Assembly: GCA_051362555.1 (NCBI GenBank) | Contig: CM120646.1 | Span: 8,060,001 to 8,124,000, forward strand | Source of the DNA: Lingula anatina | Lineage: Eukaryota; Animalia; Brachiopoda | Length of the DNA: 64,000 bases | Reading direction: 5' to 3' | Shown here: positions 29,094 to 42,300 of the stretch, in pieces | How the letters are laid out: the number at the start of each line of letters is the position of its first letter | Position numbering within the stretch: the first letter of the stretch is position 1 | Position numbers and translations under genes: made by a program | Notes under the pieces: generated by a model | The model's database searches: none | What the model saw: only the letters and a program-made list of their open reading frames with translations | What the model was told of the DNA's origin: nothing

Positions 29094-29284
29094 CCTAATT
29101 TGCAGATTCTAACTTTCTCATAATTCACATATTGATGTTCGTGCCCGGGTTTTGATGGTGAAACTGATTCCCAAGAGCTGTCTGCACAATGTTCCTTTGG
29201 AAGAAGCTGTAATGAATACTTTGATTTCTGCGACATTCTGCTGTAACTCCTTGACGGTTGCCATGATGGAATTCGCGCGGCGCA
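29094..29284 (-). CDS. Candidate internal exon, hypothetical protein (CAARIPSWQPSRSYSRMSQKSKYSLQLLPKEHCADSSWESVSPSKPGHEHQYVNYEKVRICKLG)
   Basis: Acceptor ...ttttctgctcttattacgtacgtggtgcag| and donor GG|gtaaga. Open in phase 0, matching the phase-0 end of the 30552-30606 exon. No recognisable domain. Confidence 0.35.
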
Positions 29285-30375
29285 CTGCACCACGTACGTA
29301 ATAAGAGCAGAAAACCAGACAAAATGTCCCCAAAGGAATATATGAAACCGTAAGAAAGATCTGCTTTTTCGGTCAATTAATCCTCTTTATAAAGGCTATT
29401 AATCTCTTAATATCACATCAGCGACGACCCGACCAGTTAAGTCGATTTAATTCTGTAACGTCTAATGGTTGATCATCTATTGGAAGCAAATGCGCTGTGA
29501 TATGTTTAAAGGTAAAGAAGGCGGGCAGACGGGTAGGCGGAATGTTGCACTTGATAAGAATATATAAGCTCTCGTTCTCGATTATTCTACCTTTGAGTGA
29601 ATATCAAATTAACAAACACGTTTATTTTTATCATTTTCTATGTTATGCTTTTGAAGTTTCGCTTATTTTGATGTACGAGTATAATTCTTACCAGCTCCGC
29701 CAAAATTGCCCTTCCCAGGAGAACTCGTATGTCGATTTTTTTTTTCAAATAAACCGATTAAGCTATATAAAACATGACATATCTAAATTACAAATCAGAG
29801 ATCAATGACAGACCTGTTCTATTATGAAACAAACCATTAATCCATTCAACAAGAAAGAGCAAGATTTTACTGACTCAAGTTGCAATTTCGTGGTGCTGCA
29901 AAAAACAAGATATGATTGGAGTGAACGATAATCGGTATACTGGAATCACGCTGCATGTGGAAGATCGAGGTCCGCGGAAATATGAGAAATATGATACTCC
30001 TTCAAAGATTTATTTTAAAAATTGCGTAAGCAACATATAGATGTACACATTCTATAGCTTCAATGGGACCATTTTTTATGAATGTCGCATACAAAGTTGG
30101 CATTATGTTCATGCATAACAGTTGGTCGTACTCGTTAAGAAAATTAATACTGCAGTTTTCAAGACAAGAACATGTTGTTAATACACACAAACACACACTC
30201 CATCACTCACTTATTCCGCACATCATTTTGCAAGATGCGCTAAACCGTCACATTTTTTATAATCATTTTTAAAAGGTTTATATATAATGAAGTATTATAA
30301 ATTCATGCGGATATATATACAAACAATTACAATATGCTTAGTGACTTAAAATTTTCATATGACAAATGTATATTA

Positions 30376-30407
<32 letters not shown>

Positions 30408-30434
30408 TGTGTGTGCGTGCGTGTGTGTGTGCGC

Positions 30435-30483
<49 letters not shown>

Positions 30484-30500
30484 TGCGTGTTTGTGTGTGT
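30376..30500. repeat. Compound (GT)n/(GCGT)n microsatellite
   Basis: Direct reading. Confidence 0.97.
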
Positions 30501-30551
30501 TATGAACACAAGGAGACATCAGCGTAGTACAGCTGTAAATGTTTACTGTAC

Positions 30552-30606
30552 CTCAATCTCAGATTGTAGGTGCGGATCTTCTTTCAGGTCAGATAGTTTG
30601 GGACAT
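30552..30606 (-). CDS. Candidate 55 nt internal exon (xCPKLSDLKEDPHLQSEIE)
   Basis: Strong acceptor tttatttttcgtttgcag| and donor GAG|gtacag. The phase 2 to phase 0 frame is open with protein-like composition. Confidence 0.45.
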
Positions 30607-30638
30607 CTGCAAACGAAAAATAAATGTTTAAATATTAG

Positions 30639-30665
30639 TATATATATATATATATATATATATAT
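30639..30665. repeat. (TA)n microsatellite
   Basis: Direct reading. Confidence 0.96.
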
Positions 30666-31756
30666 CTGCACGACCACGATACTGGGTAACAGCACTGGGT
30701 GATCATCTTTGAAAGTCTGTCAAAATATTCCTACGCGTTGGATTACAAGGGGGGGGTGCTTTTCTGTGAAAGGGTTTTGATTTGTCTTATAAAAACAAAC
30801 AATTTTGTGTTTCCGAACATAGTTGTGTATTTCAAACTTTGTAATTCTTATTCGAAAATGACACTAAAAAGCGCTTAAATCTGGGACTTTGTACCTATCG
30901 AAATGGACCGGTCCAATTAAGTATAGCGCTTGTGTAAAAAGGGCCTGCGCACTTTCGTAACAATTGTAATCTCTGTTAATCCAATAAAGTTGAAACTGAA
31001 TAAGGCGAATCGTATTGTGTCCTATAAGACGTTTTCTCTAGACAAATCCAAGTTAAAGAAATCGAATAATTCATGATTATAGCTCTTTATTAAGATTCCA
31101 ATCTTGAATAGATTTTCACATTTCTTAAAATATCCGAGATCTAAAACAATATCAATGCATCTATAAATAACATCTCAAAAATATTATGCCTTGCATTAAC
31201 TTAACAAACACATTTTAATGTCATACAACTTTTTGCTCTCCAACAATATATTTTTAGGATGCAATATACCGTTGATATCCACTAACTTTATACAGTTTTA
31301 AACGTCTTCATTTTGATAAATGACAATTTTAACACCAAGCCCCTTTTCATGCAAAAGCAAAGCTTCGGTGAGCCTTTGAACAGAAAGTGGCACATAAATG
31401 ACATTATCTCTGAAGCGAGAGCCCTGACAGTGCCAGACCAATACATGATTGACAATCTACTCCCTCTGGACAAATAAGTATTTTTAGTTTGCGTATTGTT
31501 TTTTACGGCAAAATTGTTTGAAAGGCATTTTTCGTACCTATGGACTTACTAGTTCGAAATCCGACTTTCAAAACGTACGGTTTGAACAGCGGCTGTCGCG
31601 CTAGCGGCTCACAGAATCCCAAATCATGAGACCTTTTCAGCAAATTCGCTAAATGAATTTCCCCAAAATATTTCTTCCCAGAAAACAGACGCGCCTTAAT
31701 AAGGTTAAGCAAGGGGCCAACTTTTGACCTTGGTTTTCTGCTCATATGCCCTGGTG

Positions 31757-31898
31757 GGATTATATTAATCGAGCGGATTATTTTGGATTAATGGAAACGG
31801 ACTCTGATGGTTTACAACGTGATAATTAATGGACACTTTTCTCGATTGGCTGTTCACGAGGGAATACACAGTATCTAATTACTGGGAATGTTTAATCC
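31757..31898. promoter_or_regulatory. Cluster of four TAATCC/GGATTA (K50 homeodomain, Otx/Pitx/Gsc-type) sites; candidate enhancer
   Basis: GGATTA at 31757, 31775 and 31785; TAATCC at 31893; extra TAAT cores nearby. Confidence 0.3.
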
Positions 31899-33453
31899 TG
31901 CCAAGGAGTGACTAAAGGATACTTGAATGTACGTGTACCAGCAATCGTGAAGTGACAGAACAGTACGACGTGTTTCAATAGGCGTAAAGTGGGTCCTAGA
32001 GGAGTCAACAAACGCATTACTGAAATTTGACCACGAGACCCTGGGGCTTTGTCGGCAGCAGTTTGGGATTGGAAATAAGCATTGTGTTAATGATGAGAGT
32101 CCGAGTTAGAAAGAGTGAGAGAATAAATAATTTTTCGTGGATTTTATCGAATACCTTACACTTGATTTTTTTTTTTATTTTAGCTTTCTTCCCAACTGGA
32201 CAAACAGTTTTTGTAGAGGAATATATGCTGCGGTGCGCGTTTGCTTCTGTATTATAATATGTCGTAGATTTTTAGTGACCGGTGTATTTGAGGTAAAGGG
32301 GTTGTTGCCAGAAAACCGACATTAAATGTAAAACTTTAAGCCACAGTGCCAACATATATTCCGTTTCACCTCATAATCCATATGACACTATTGTCACCTG
32401 GTTACCATGAGGAGATGATTCTTTCAAACATATATCACATTGTTTTGAGTCATTTTCGTAAACCAGTAAACCAAGTATTTCACATGTACCCAAGCATCTA
32501 GTAGAAAGTGTTATAGCAACAATGTATCAATACTAAACATATATGCATTTGTTATCTTTATACCATTACACATAATCAATAAGGATTTGATCGGGCTTGG
32601 GCGACTCGTTATACACAGGCAAGAACAGATATGTTATCTCCCTTGAATGTTAAGAACCAAACACAATGCGCTCATCAGTACGCGGATGGTCTTTGCTTAC
32701 TGGAATAATATCTGGCTAAACTGAGTATATAGACAGAGTCGGCGGGAAATCGAAAAGCAAGTGTGTACTTGACAAACAGTCTTTGTAGGGAGGTAGTGAT
32801 GCCAGTACTCCGTGCAAACACTTGCTTGGTCAATGTTCTATTTAAGTGGGTTTTTGGTGGCAATATTGATAGTCTTCACGGCTTATTTACGGTTTATCCA
32901 TAACTGTATACGTTCTCGTTCAACTACATTTGTAGCAAGTCAGACTTATAAAATGTAGTTTTTGCTTAATTTTATTTTTATTTTTTTTTATCCAGGTACA
33001 TGTATTCCTGGGAAGGGAGAGCGATTCAGTAAACTGGGGTTGCGCTAGCGCTCCACAATTTCGTGAAATGCAAAGCCATATTGAAAAAAAAATTAAATGA
33101 GCAACATTTTTTGGCATATATGGCCGAGACAGAAGCTCCTCTTAAAGCGCATGAAAAGCATTTTAAAGAGTGACGAAAATCAGATACACACATTTACGGT
33201 TATAACCGGTAGAATGGTATACGAACGTAGATCGCAACACAAAGATTAAGCTTACGTGTTAATACATATAGTGAAGGTCAATCCAACATAATCAGAAAGT
33301 TGACCATGCTGTACCCTATACAAACCACTGACTTGGGCTGAGGTCGCCCATTGACTAGGTTTAAACCTAAGCTAGGATAATTGCCCTCCACCTTCGGCAA
33401 CTATCGGTATTAGTTGAATCATACGTTTTAATGCGACTCTAAAAAACTGGCTC

Positions 33454-33480
33454 ATTACCTTGGCCAAGGAGGCTGTTTTC
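33454..33480 (+). mobile_element. Possible 5' terminus (subterminal IR) of a non-autonomous Helentron-like element
   Basis: attaccttggccaaggaggctgttttc; its accttggccaag is a 10/12 inverted match to cttggcggaggt at 35062-35073. Confidence 0.4.
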
Positions 33481-34780
33481 TGCCTTCTCTGTCACCAGCA
33501 ATGGAGGTATTCTTAACTAGGAAATGTATCAGTCCCCGGCCATTGGAGGAGTTCTGCGTTCTTTGGGTGCTTTTTTAGTTCTTAATTCCTTTTAATGTAT
33601 AAAGCTTTCTGAACTTTTTATGCATAAAGCCTTTCAGAACTCAAATTATTATTAGCAAACAGATATAAACTGGAAATTGATCTACCATACCAATATCGCA
33701 AAAGTTTCCACCCAAATGATCCGATCAGTGCATTAGCTACAGTTAAGTTCCAGTTGGTTTGAAAGCTTCCAATTATAATATTTTCTCTACGATTTAAGGA
33801 ACAACGCTCAACTTCAAGGGATACGTCTCCCCAGCAAAGGAACATATTGGAGTGCTTATCTTCAAACTGCTTGAGACTAAACAATTTTAGCACTTTCCAA
33901 AATCACCAATACTGTAGTGAAAATGCATTGCGCCTGAATATGAATCTGAGTTGTAGTATGAAATTGTTGTTTGGAATTTGACTTAAATTTCTCGTTTGGC
34001 TTCGAATTGATTTGGTTGATTTCTGCATTGGGCGAAAACGAAAAAAAGAAAATATTTGGACTCTATCTATGAAAACTGCATTATGTTAAAATGCAGCATC
34101 TCTGAAAGTATTGCATTGGAAAACTGGCACGGACTGGTGATATCTTAAAGTAGAAGACATTAATTGTTAACTATGCAAATTCACCTCCAGGTAACATTTA
34201 CATCCTCAAGACACGATCAACAACACGACAGAGACAGTACGACTAGATCAATGTTACCCAAAACCACAAACCTAGAACCAGCTAATAGAAAAGCAGTTAC
34301 CACAAATGCGTTGGTTGTATCATTACAGAGACATTTTTCAGAAGTCCCCTTAAACTTGCTATAGTTAAGCTGTTGTATTACTGGCAATCGAAGTGTTAAC
34401 GTCTTAACGCCCGACGGATTTATGGTGCTTAGCTTAATTGTTTCATATTCCGCTTTAATGTTCTGGCGCCTAAAACATTTGCTCTTTCAAGAACGTGTTT
34501 AAAACATTTGCTCTTAAATGTGTTAGATGTTGCCAGGTGTTATAACAGTCCCATCGTGGTGTGATTGACCTTGAATAATGTTTTTGATTATTTTATTAAT
34601 TAAATAATTAATTAATTTTTTTTTTTTTGGGGGGGGGTAATTTCAGGCTCCTTTTTATTTACTTTTTAATTTACACTCTTCCAATCACACCAAATATAAT
34701 TAAATTATCAAAATTTAGAGGATTTCTCATTAAACGCACTTATAAATAAAACAAGTAGTTGTATTATTTGTGTGTCGCGG

Positions 34781-34889
34781 CCATTCACCTTTCCACAGAA
34801 AGTAACGCCCATTTTCGCTGCGTCACCGGAAATAGGCATGAAATGGGTTAACCGGGCATGCGCGTCACTATCTGCGGAAAGGCGAATTG
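34781..34889. mobile_element. Small MITE-like inverted-repeat element (~110 bp)
   Basis: cattcacctttccacagaaagtaacgc vs gcgtcactatctgcggaaaggcgaattg. Confidence 0.6.
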
Positions 34890-34916
34890 TATTTATATGG
34901 TTCCTATGGGAATGCA

Positions 34917-35099
34917 GAGATACCAACTGGAAAAGTTATTTACTGATTTTGATGAAATTTTCAGGAACTGTCAGAAGTGGGCCAAGGAACAGATGATTAG
35001 TTTTTGGTGATGATCTGGATCAATAATCAATCAATAATCAATAATAATCAAAAAGTGCTGTCTTGGCGGAGGTCTGCGCTCTCGGAGAGCTTTTCTAGT
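34917..35099 (+). mobile_element. 3' portion of a non-autonomous Helentron/Helitron-like repeat
   Basis: Terminal architecture: subterminal IR cttggcggaggt, short hairpin gctct-cgg-agagc, end ttttctagt. Internal (ATCAATA)-type simple repeat. The body (gattttgatgaaattttcaggaa...aaggaacagatgatta...tttggtg) resembles, from memory, a repeat widespread in aquatic animals; the family label is inferred from structure. Confidence 0.75.
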
Positions 35100-38000
35100 C
35101 AATAGTGTTTTGATTTGGATATTTGAGACAGGACGTTAGCTGACAGTGGCGCAAATTTTCAAAGTCGCTTTTATCCGGAAGATTTGATTACCCGTACGAG
35201 GGACCGGGAGATTCGTTCTGTATCCGACAGCTGACATGGGAATAACACGAGGTGACCGTCCCATTATATTATATGTCTCTCTGATTATTACAGGGCCACG
35301 GTGAGCCACGCAACACTCCTTTAGTTATGAACGTACATATATCTCCTTCGTTCGCTCTCTCCACCCACATGCCACCTACTCAATAAAAACATGTCAACTA
35401 AAACGACAGGAAATCAAGCAATCATCTATCCACGTGTCTTACAAATTAGAACGTAAACTGTCTCTATCAACTGTTCCTATCATTGTAGACCACTTGAAAA
35501 ATTTAGGAGGTCTCCATCGGTTATTTAATGTTATGAAGAGCAAGAGTAAGTTTCCATTGCTCAGAAGAAACATCATAAGGTACACACTTCCCCTTAAATA
35601 CTTTATCAATCATTTAGTAATCTGTTATGCTAATTATACATCTAACTGTGATATCCGATATTCCTGCTTTCGAAAGATGATGCACAATGCTGTGAGTAAT
35701 AACATGAAGAACTGCTGTATGTGATTAGCGTATCTCAATAATTGACCGTAGATTAATACAAGGCAATGAACCTGACAAATTACCGCGTTAGATAGTTAGT
35801 TTACCCTAATGTGTCAGTATAATACAAAATCGACTGTAAGAAATTACTTTATGATTAAATACTGACGTTTCCCCGTAAGGTGCGTGTCAAAATGTCGCTT
35901 TGGCGATTTCATGTAGAAAAACATAAATGATGAAGAGTCAAATAGTAATTAAGGAATTAGGAAAAGTCAACAATAAACTTATTATCTTTTTTATATTTGA
36001 CAAAGGAAATTACTTCAGCTATGGGCTTAATTACCATACATTTCTTATGTTATGTGTCATTGCCACGACTTTGGGGACACAAACAACGGACGTGAGAATA
36101 ATAACTGGGTAATTGCATACTTAAAAGCGTGATCAGTACGTACGAACGTGTGCCAGCCGCTATCGGTTTTGGCAATTATATGACGAAATTATGGATTCAA
36201 AATCTGCATCATCTTTCCATGGAACGGCTCATTACCGTAAGTGTCAGACGATAAAACAATTTCCTAATTGTCAAGTTAACGACTGCAGATCAATACCATA
36301 AATTAGCAGATATGTGTTCATGTACTTTTCTTTTTCTTTTTTTTTCCTGATTCCCGTATCGTTAGTTTGTGGTATTCTACACTCGACAATTGAGTTTTCT
36401 TGGTTTTTATACGATTTAAAAAAGCCCCCGAGCATTTCCAATGTAATAAAAAGTGCAAGAAAGTACTTTACACGGCAAATTCAAACTTGCAATGCTTATG
36501 CACCGGGAAAAAAACATTTAGAAAAAAAATATGGATGTTTTATTGCAGGCCCAGCCAAAGTAACATAGTTATGTCAACTTCATATCTTATCCTTGTTGGG
36601 AAATGCCCTTAAAAACAGCTAATGGGGTGCGCTTATTGTTTTACAATGACCAAGTGATACAAAAATGACAGAAGATACACCAATATGGCCAAACATGCTG
36701 CTACATACCCTGTATAGCAGATTTGGGTGGAATATCATTTGTTTCATTTGTTCCATTGTATTAATCATGCTCTTCCTTTAAAATCCATCATTTTCTTCTC
36801 TTTCTTTTTCATTTGGACGTGTATGCAAGGGTGTTTGGTTAGAAAATGTATATTATCTCACCATGACTAGTTTCCGTGCGTCCTAAATGTATGCTCTGTA
36901 GCAAATAAACCGGAAATGCTATGGCACAATTGTTCCCTGGTTTAGAAACTGCCAGGACAACATCAACTACGTAACCGTCTCTAATTGCCTACACAATTGA
37001 AGTGTTAGTCAGTGTACTGACAACTACAGTGTATTGTTTAAATGGCTCCACGCCCACCATTGCATCACCTTACAAAGCTCTTGACACGTACCCAACAATC
37101 CATCGTCAAATGTAAAAAAATGGGTTCGTGTTTACTGGAGAAATGCTAATTACATTTAATTCACCCAATTATCACGCATGTGAGGTAATCTCAATTGACA
37201 GTAAATGAAATCAATTAGAGTCACATTTGTAATGCTTTGTCAGCGTCATCTGAATATACATGTACATGTACATGTAACAGCCGTGTATTGGCGACTTTTT
37301 ATACAAAACCTGTGCGTGCTGTATTACTCTATCCAGAGTACGCCGCCCGAGCACCTAACCTACAAAGTGCTCTCACGAGTCTACCTTAGAGCGAAACAAT
37401 CAGGTGTGAGTGTCAATTGACCCTTGAGTCTTCGATTTTTATATTTAGTAAAAGTTGTTCATATTGAATAAGCCACTCAGTGGATGGTGTTAGCTTTGCA
37501 AATGCTCTTTAGGCTGTCTCTGTTTTGAGACAGACTGTGGTTGGGAGCAACACAAAAGGTAGTGAAATTTATCCCAATTTTTGTTACAGAACACTATAGG
37601 ATAACTAACCAGCTACATTGTCACGCCTTTTATATCATACTGAAGTATGTGGATGGCGTGAAACGTTCATGGGATCCAGAATAGAATAGCCCTAACTGCA
37701 TGTGAAACATTAAATCACATATACAGAATACAGATGTGTTGGTGTGCCACCTTAACTGTGATGTATCCATTATACAAGCAAACAGATATTCCTAATAATG
37801 AAATGGATTTGTATTAGACAATTTAGCAACAAGATTAAGTCAAAGCCAAGACCAATCGCGAAGCTGCATACTTGTTACGCCTGCATCAGCCGTCTGAAAA
37901 TGTTATTAGATCACTACCTGACAACAGAGATGCTAAGACAAATAAATGTCAGGGAAACAAAGTATCGACATGTCTTTTTGAAACAACACGTACAAGACCA

Positions 38001-38899
38001 TTAACCTTTAACTTTCACATTATCACTGGACTCTTTCAAACGCACTGTGAACGTATCCGTTTCGTTTAACAATTGCTCCCATTTATTTCATCGTGTTTGT
38101 CTACGTACTCGATACTTAATGTTATTCTTATTTACCTTTGTCGAATAGATCCAAACCGTTGCTTTGTATGGAAGAAGCAAGCTCTGCTTGGTGTAGAAAA
38201 TATATCCCAATATCATCATCCACCTGACAGACACGGCGCCATTTTATTGAACTTCACTTTTGAAAAAACCTTGGTGATTATATTTCAAATGAGCGACACT
38301 TGTATTTCCAGTTCAGTTTTGTATTGATGACATTGTCTTGCTGACACCAAAATGACGTCCTGGAATGTCAGTCATCTGTCGTATTTCGCTTTTCCAGAAA
38401 GCAGTCGTTCCACATCCATGGGACGTCTATCGCACGCAATTCACAACTTACGAATAATAATGAGCCACCGCGGCGTAAACACATTCTGTTTTTTTACGAT
38501 TTTATCGTTATTTAAATAACAAAATATCATTTTCAAGTATATTATGCCCAAGCATATTCTCTCAAACTGTGTAGGCGTCAGTCCTCTAATAGTATGAACA
38601 ATGTTAACGCCGCACGTCGTTGCATACCCTCGCCCTGGCCTGCGGAGTCTACATCTGACCGTTCTGCTCAAAGACCAGCTCCAGCTACTCTAACCAGCCG
38701 CGTGTGTAACCTCATTAAAGCCAATCGATTGATCGCAATGAAATGTACATTCAGGACTCATTGAAACCTTTCTACCAGGGGCTCCATACAATATGACAGT
38801 GATCTGCGCTTTGTTGTTTCTAATTAAACAAGCGCAACGCTCGACGTGCCGGTAATTATGGAAAACAAACATCAGTTGTACTGACTACCGCAGCGCGAG

Positions 38900-38947
38900 G
38901 TCGGATCGTGGGCACGCCGGCGCGCGTGGCGGGTTCATCGATCCGAC
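38900..38947 (+). other. GC-rich stem-loop of unknown function
   Basis: gtcggatcg/cgatccgac is a perfect 9 bp stem; tgggcacgcc/ggcgggttca extends it with two G-U pairs and one mismatch. Confidence 0.55.
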
Positions 38948-39351
38948 GCAAAAGAGCCGACGAAGGCGCGGCTTCCGGACCTAAAAGCCTATTTGCTTGT
39001 TACACTATTGCATTTGTACACATTGCTAATCCTCTCACATTGAGGCGCAAAATTGCTTTTGGCACGTTGTATCAATTGTGGCATTTAGGACTAAAGTGCG
39101 GTGACAATTGTAGAAAAAAAACACTATCTCGCAGCCACAAAAAGGCATCCGTTAGTAATTGAAATGCTAAACAAGTGGACATCGATGTTGCAAGTGATGG
39201 CAATACTGACCATGTTTTATGGTATCTTTTTCCAATATGTCCCATCGACCGTTAACTTCATTCTGCTGCATTTTTCTTGGATACGTAGTAAGAAAGAGGG
39301 CAAGAAGGGACGGGGCATTAAATAAAAAGGGCAATAGCTGCAATGTATGAC

Positions 39352-39396
39352 GTGTGCGCGCACGCGCACGCGCGCGCGTGTGTGTGTGTGTGTGCG
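39352..39396. repeat. Compound (CG)/(GT) microsatellite, followed by poly-T
   Basis: Direct reading. Confidence 0.93.
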
Positions 39397-42300
39397 TTTT
39401 TTTTTTTTCTTTTTTTATCATAACTAAATCGTAGGTGTCACTGAACTAATGACTTTCTTCAATTTCCAAAGAAATATGAAATGGGCAAAAAAGTACCAAA
39501 CTTCAGACTTTGATTAATTTAATTGAAGAAAATCCTCTTTCTACTACATCATCGTATCACTTCTGGCATTGCCCTTAGTCGGGTACATGTTTTTTGGGGC
39601 AGATGCCTTTTGAATAATGTAATTGCACAGCAAATTAGACGGAAAGAACGTTATTATAGCATTGACATTTCTCATCCACTGAATCGTAATGGTTTGCTCC
39701 TCGTTACTATATTTAATGCTAATACTAAGCAGTATGTGGTGCTGGTCGCTCGACTGATTTAATATATTCAAAATCAAACTTCTTCTATTGATTGCGTTTC
39801 ACTGTAAACTTTTTAATGCTTTTTAAATTTTGAATTAGCAATTGTCAAAATGCACCCGCACACCCACAACACAAATATGCAAACTCGTCATAATAACCAC
39901 GTGTTTGAACAAAATAAGATTCCTACATGATGTATTCTTAGTTCTGATTTGTTGCCGAACTGATAAATTGATCAATCAAGCTTTGTATAGATATTTGAAT
40001 AACACGTGCATTGCAAATACGACAAGGAATGGAAAAGGAGCAAAACGATATAAAGAACCAATGTTTCGTACACTTACCGACTGTATTGGTTTTTATGACG
40101 TATACCTTGGATAAGAATTGTTATCAGATTATAGGATATCAACTGTAATATTCAGTGTATACATTTTAGTTGCTTACTCAATTATATAATATGATTTATT
40201 TGGTCGAATAATTGTTGTAGCATGCTTTCCAATAGAAACAAGCTTGTTATGAGATCACGAAAGTCATTTAAAGGCTGCAATATGGCAAAAATTCTGAAAT
40301 ATTTCTCTTTTGCCTTTACGTCGTGATGAAATAACGTTACAGCCACCCACACATTTACAGACGTGACGTAACTTCTATTTCATCGCTCCGCAATTCCCTC
40401 TGCTGATTCGGTTAATTGAAACACCAGTAGTAAGTTCTAGTGACATTTACGTGCAAAAACAGGCAAATCCAATCCGCTTAAATTTGATCTACGTGAACTT
40501 TACGAAGTGTAAACCACTACCTGCACTTTTCCTCTTTCTTTGAATTTAGAAGTCAAACATTATTTTCTTTTAAAATTGAGGAGAATATTGTAGACTTTGT
40601 ATTTTGAATAAAAAAAAATGGAGGTTTTAAAGTTACTTACAAAGTTATAAACCCTAGGTGAATTCCATCTTTTGACTCCATGCAACAAATAAGAAAAGCC
40701 AAACGGATCTATATAATAGCTACGGCCTATACTTATAACCTACGTATACCACCAGTCTTTACTCGTGGCTTCTATCTATCTAGTTTTACTGTTGAAATGA
40801 AAACCGTAAACTCAAACATAAATACTTTCGCGCGCAACTTTGAATGATGCTTTTAAATCTATCACCTCTGCATCATCACATCTTGTCTTGGAATCGTTAC
40901 AGAAGTGAGTGACACTCATATGCAATCACGTGATAATCACCTATTGCAAGATTATACCAAGTTTAGTTACACATCTCTGACAGATAAATCAAATAGAACT
41001 ATTTGTCATGCATTGATTTTTTATCCGCCGTTACCGCTATCTTTCCTTCCGTCGATTCAAGAAAGCAATTATACATATTTCAGAGGTAATGTTTCTGTCT
41101 CCTTAATGCATAGCACACGTACTTTCTTTGTTATTTTTGCATTAAGAGAATCTCTGTATCGAATGTCCTTGTGAAATTAGCGAAAGAGGATTCATCAACG
41201 GAGTAAATGTTACCTAAACATAGACATCCTAAAGTGAAGCCGTTAAAAAACTAGTGATATTCATAAGTTTGTCTAGCTGCTCCATTTATGCATATTCCTA
41301 TCAAACGTCACAGTGTTCGTGTAGCTTATGATGGCTCCAACCCAACAATGTATATCCGTTGCTAATAAACAGTGTCCTCCCTTTCCTTACAAAGCGCTGT
41401 ATAATTGTCTAATGACATGAGGCCATCAGTGCCATACCAAAATGACATAAGGCCATATTTGCACAACGCGCAGAAACTGAATCCATAACATGTGCTTCTC
41501 TTAATGTTTGAAAGCCAGTAGTATACACGATGAGAGGCCAATTACCATTTCATTATGTTTGTGTGTGTGTGTTTTTTTTTTATATAATTTAATCACTAAA
41601 CACGGTTGCCCTCCGTGCTACCTCGAGCTCATTGTTGATGTTCCCTCACCAACTGCTCTTTGTTGTCGTAAACGCGGTTCTGAAGTGTGGTGCGTGAACG
41701 CAGTATTATAAATAGTTAACTAAAGCCCCCCACCCTTTTTACACGCGTAAGTCATTCGAGGATATTAATTGAACTTTTGATTTATGGGGTGCGTTAAATA
41801 TTTTAATACCGTTGTCATGCTCACTCGAATCTCTGATTAATTGGTTCCCTCCAAAAACGTTATTCTGGTGGAACATGCCAAATGTTTTCTCGCACTATTA
41901 GCAATACGCCCCTGTAAACTTGTGTAACATACCTAGCTACGTGCACATGGTTAGGCCCATACCGTCAAAACTGACCAAAACATGATATTGGGTCATAATT
42001 GTTCTTTTGCGGGCCACATGCTGTCTAAACTCCTACACGGTGGCGTAATGAATTCAATTTTGGACCGAAAGGAAAAGAACAATCACCAAGATTCGTGTCA
42101 AAAACCATGATCGACTGCAACAGTATTCCATTGGGATATCGTATTGTTTAATGCTGTTTTCGCTTTGGTCACTGCGACCCCATACAGACCATAACTACAT
42201 AACTATATAGCCGAGTACTTTTCCTTCTGGAGAAAATAATCGATCGGCACTCAGTAAGTAATGGACTATGCGTAAGCAAAGATGTTTACTAGACACATTG

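Noticed and set aside
36689-36726. miR-10-like taccctgta in a short imperfect hairpin
   Set aside because: Only 9 nt match, and the match lies across the loop rather than on a full arm
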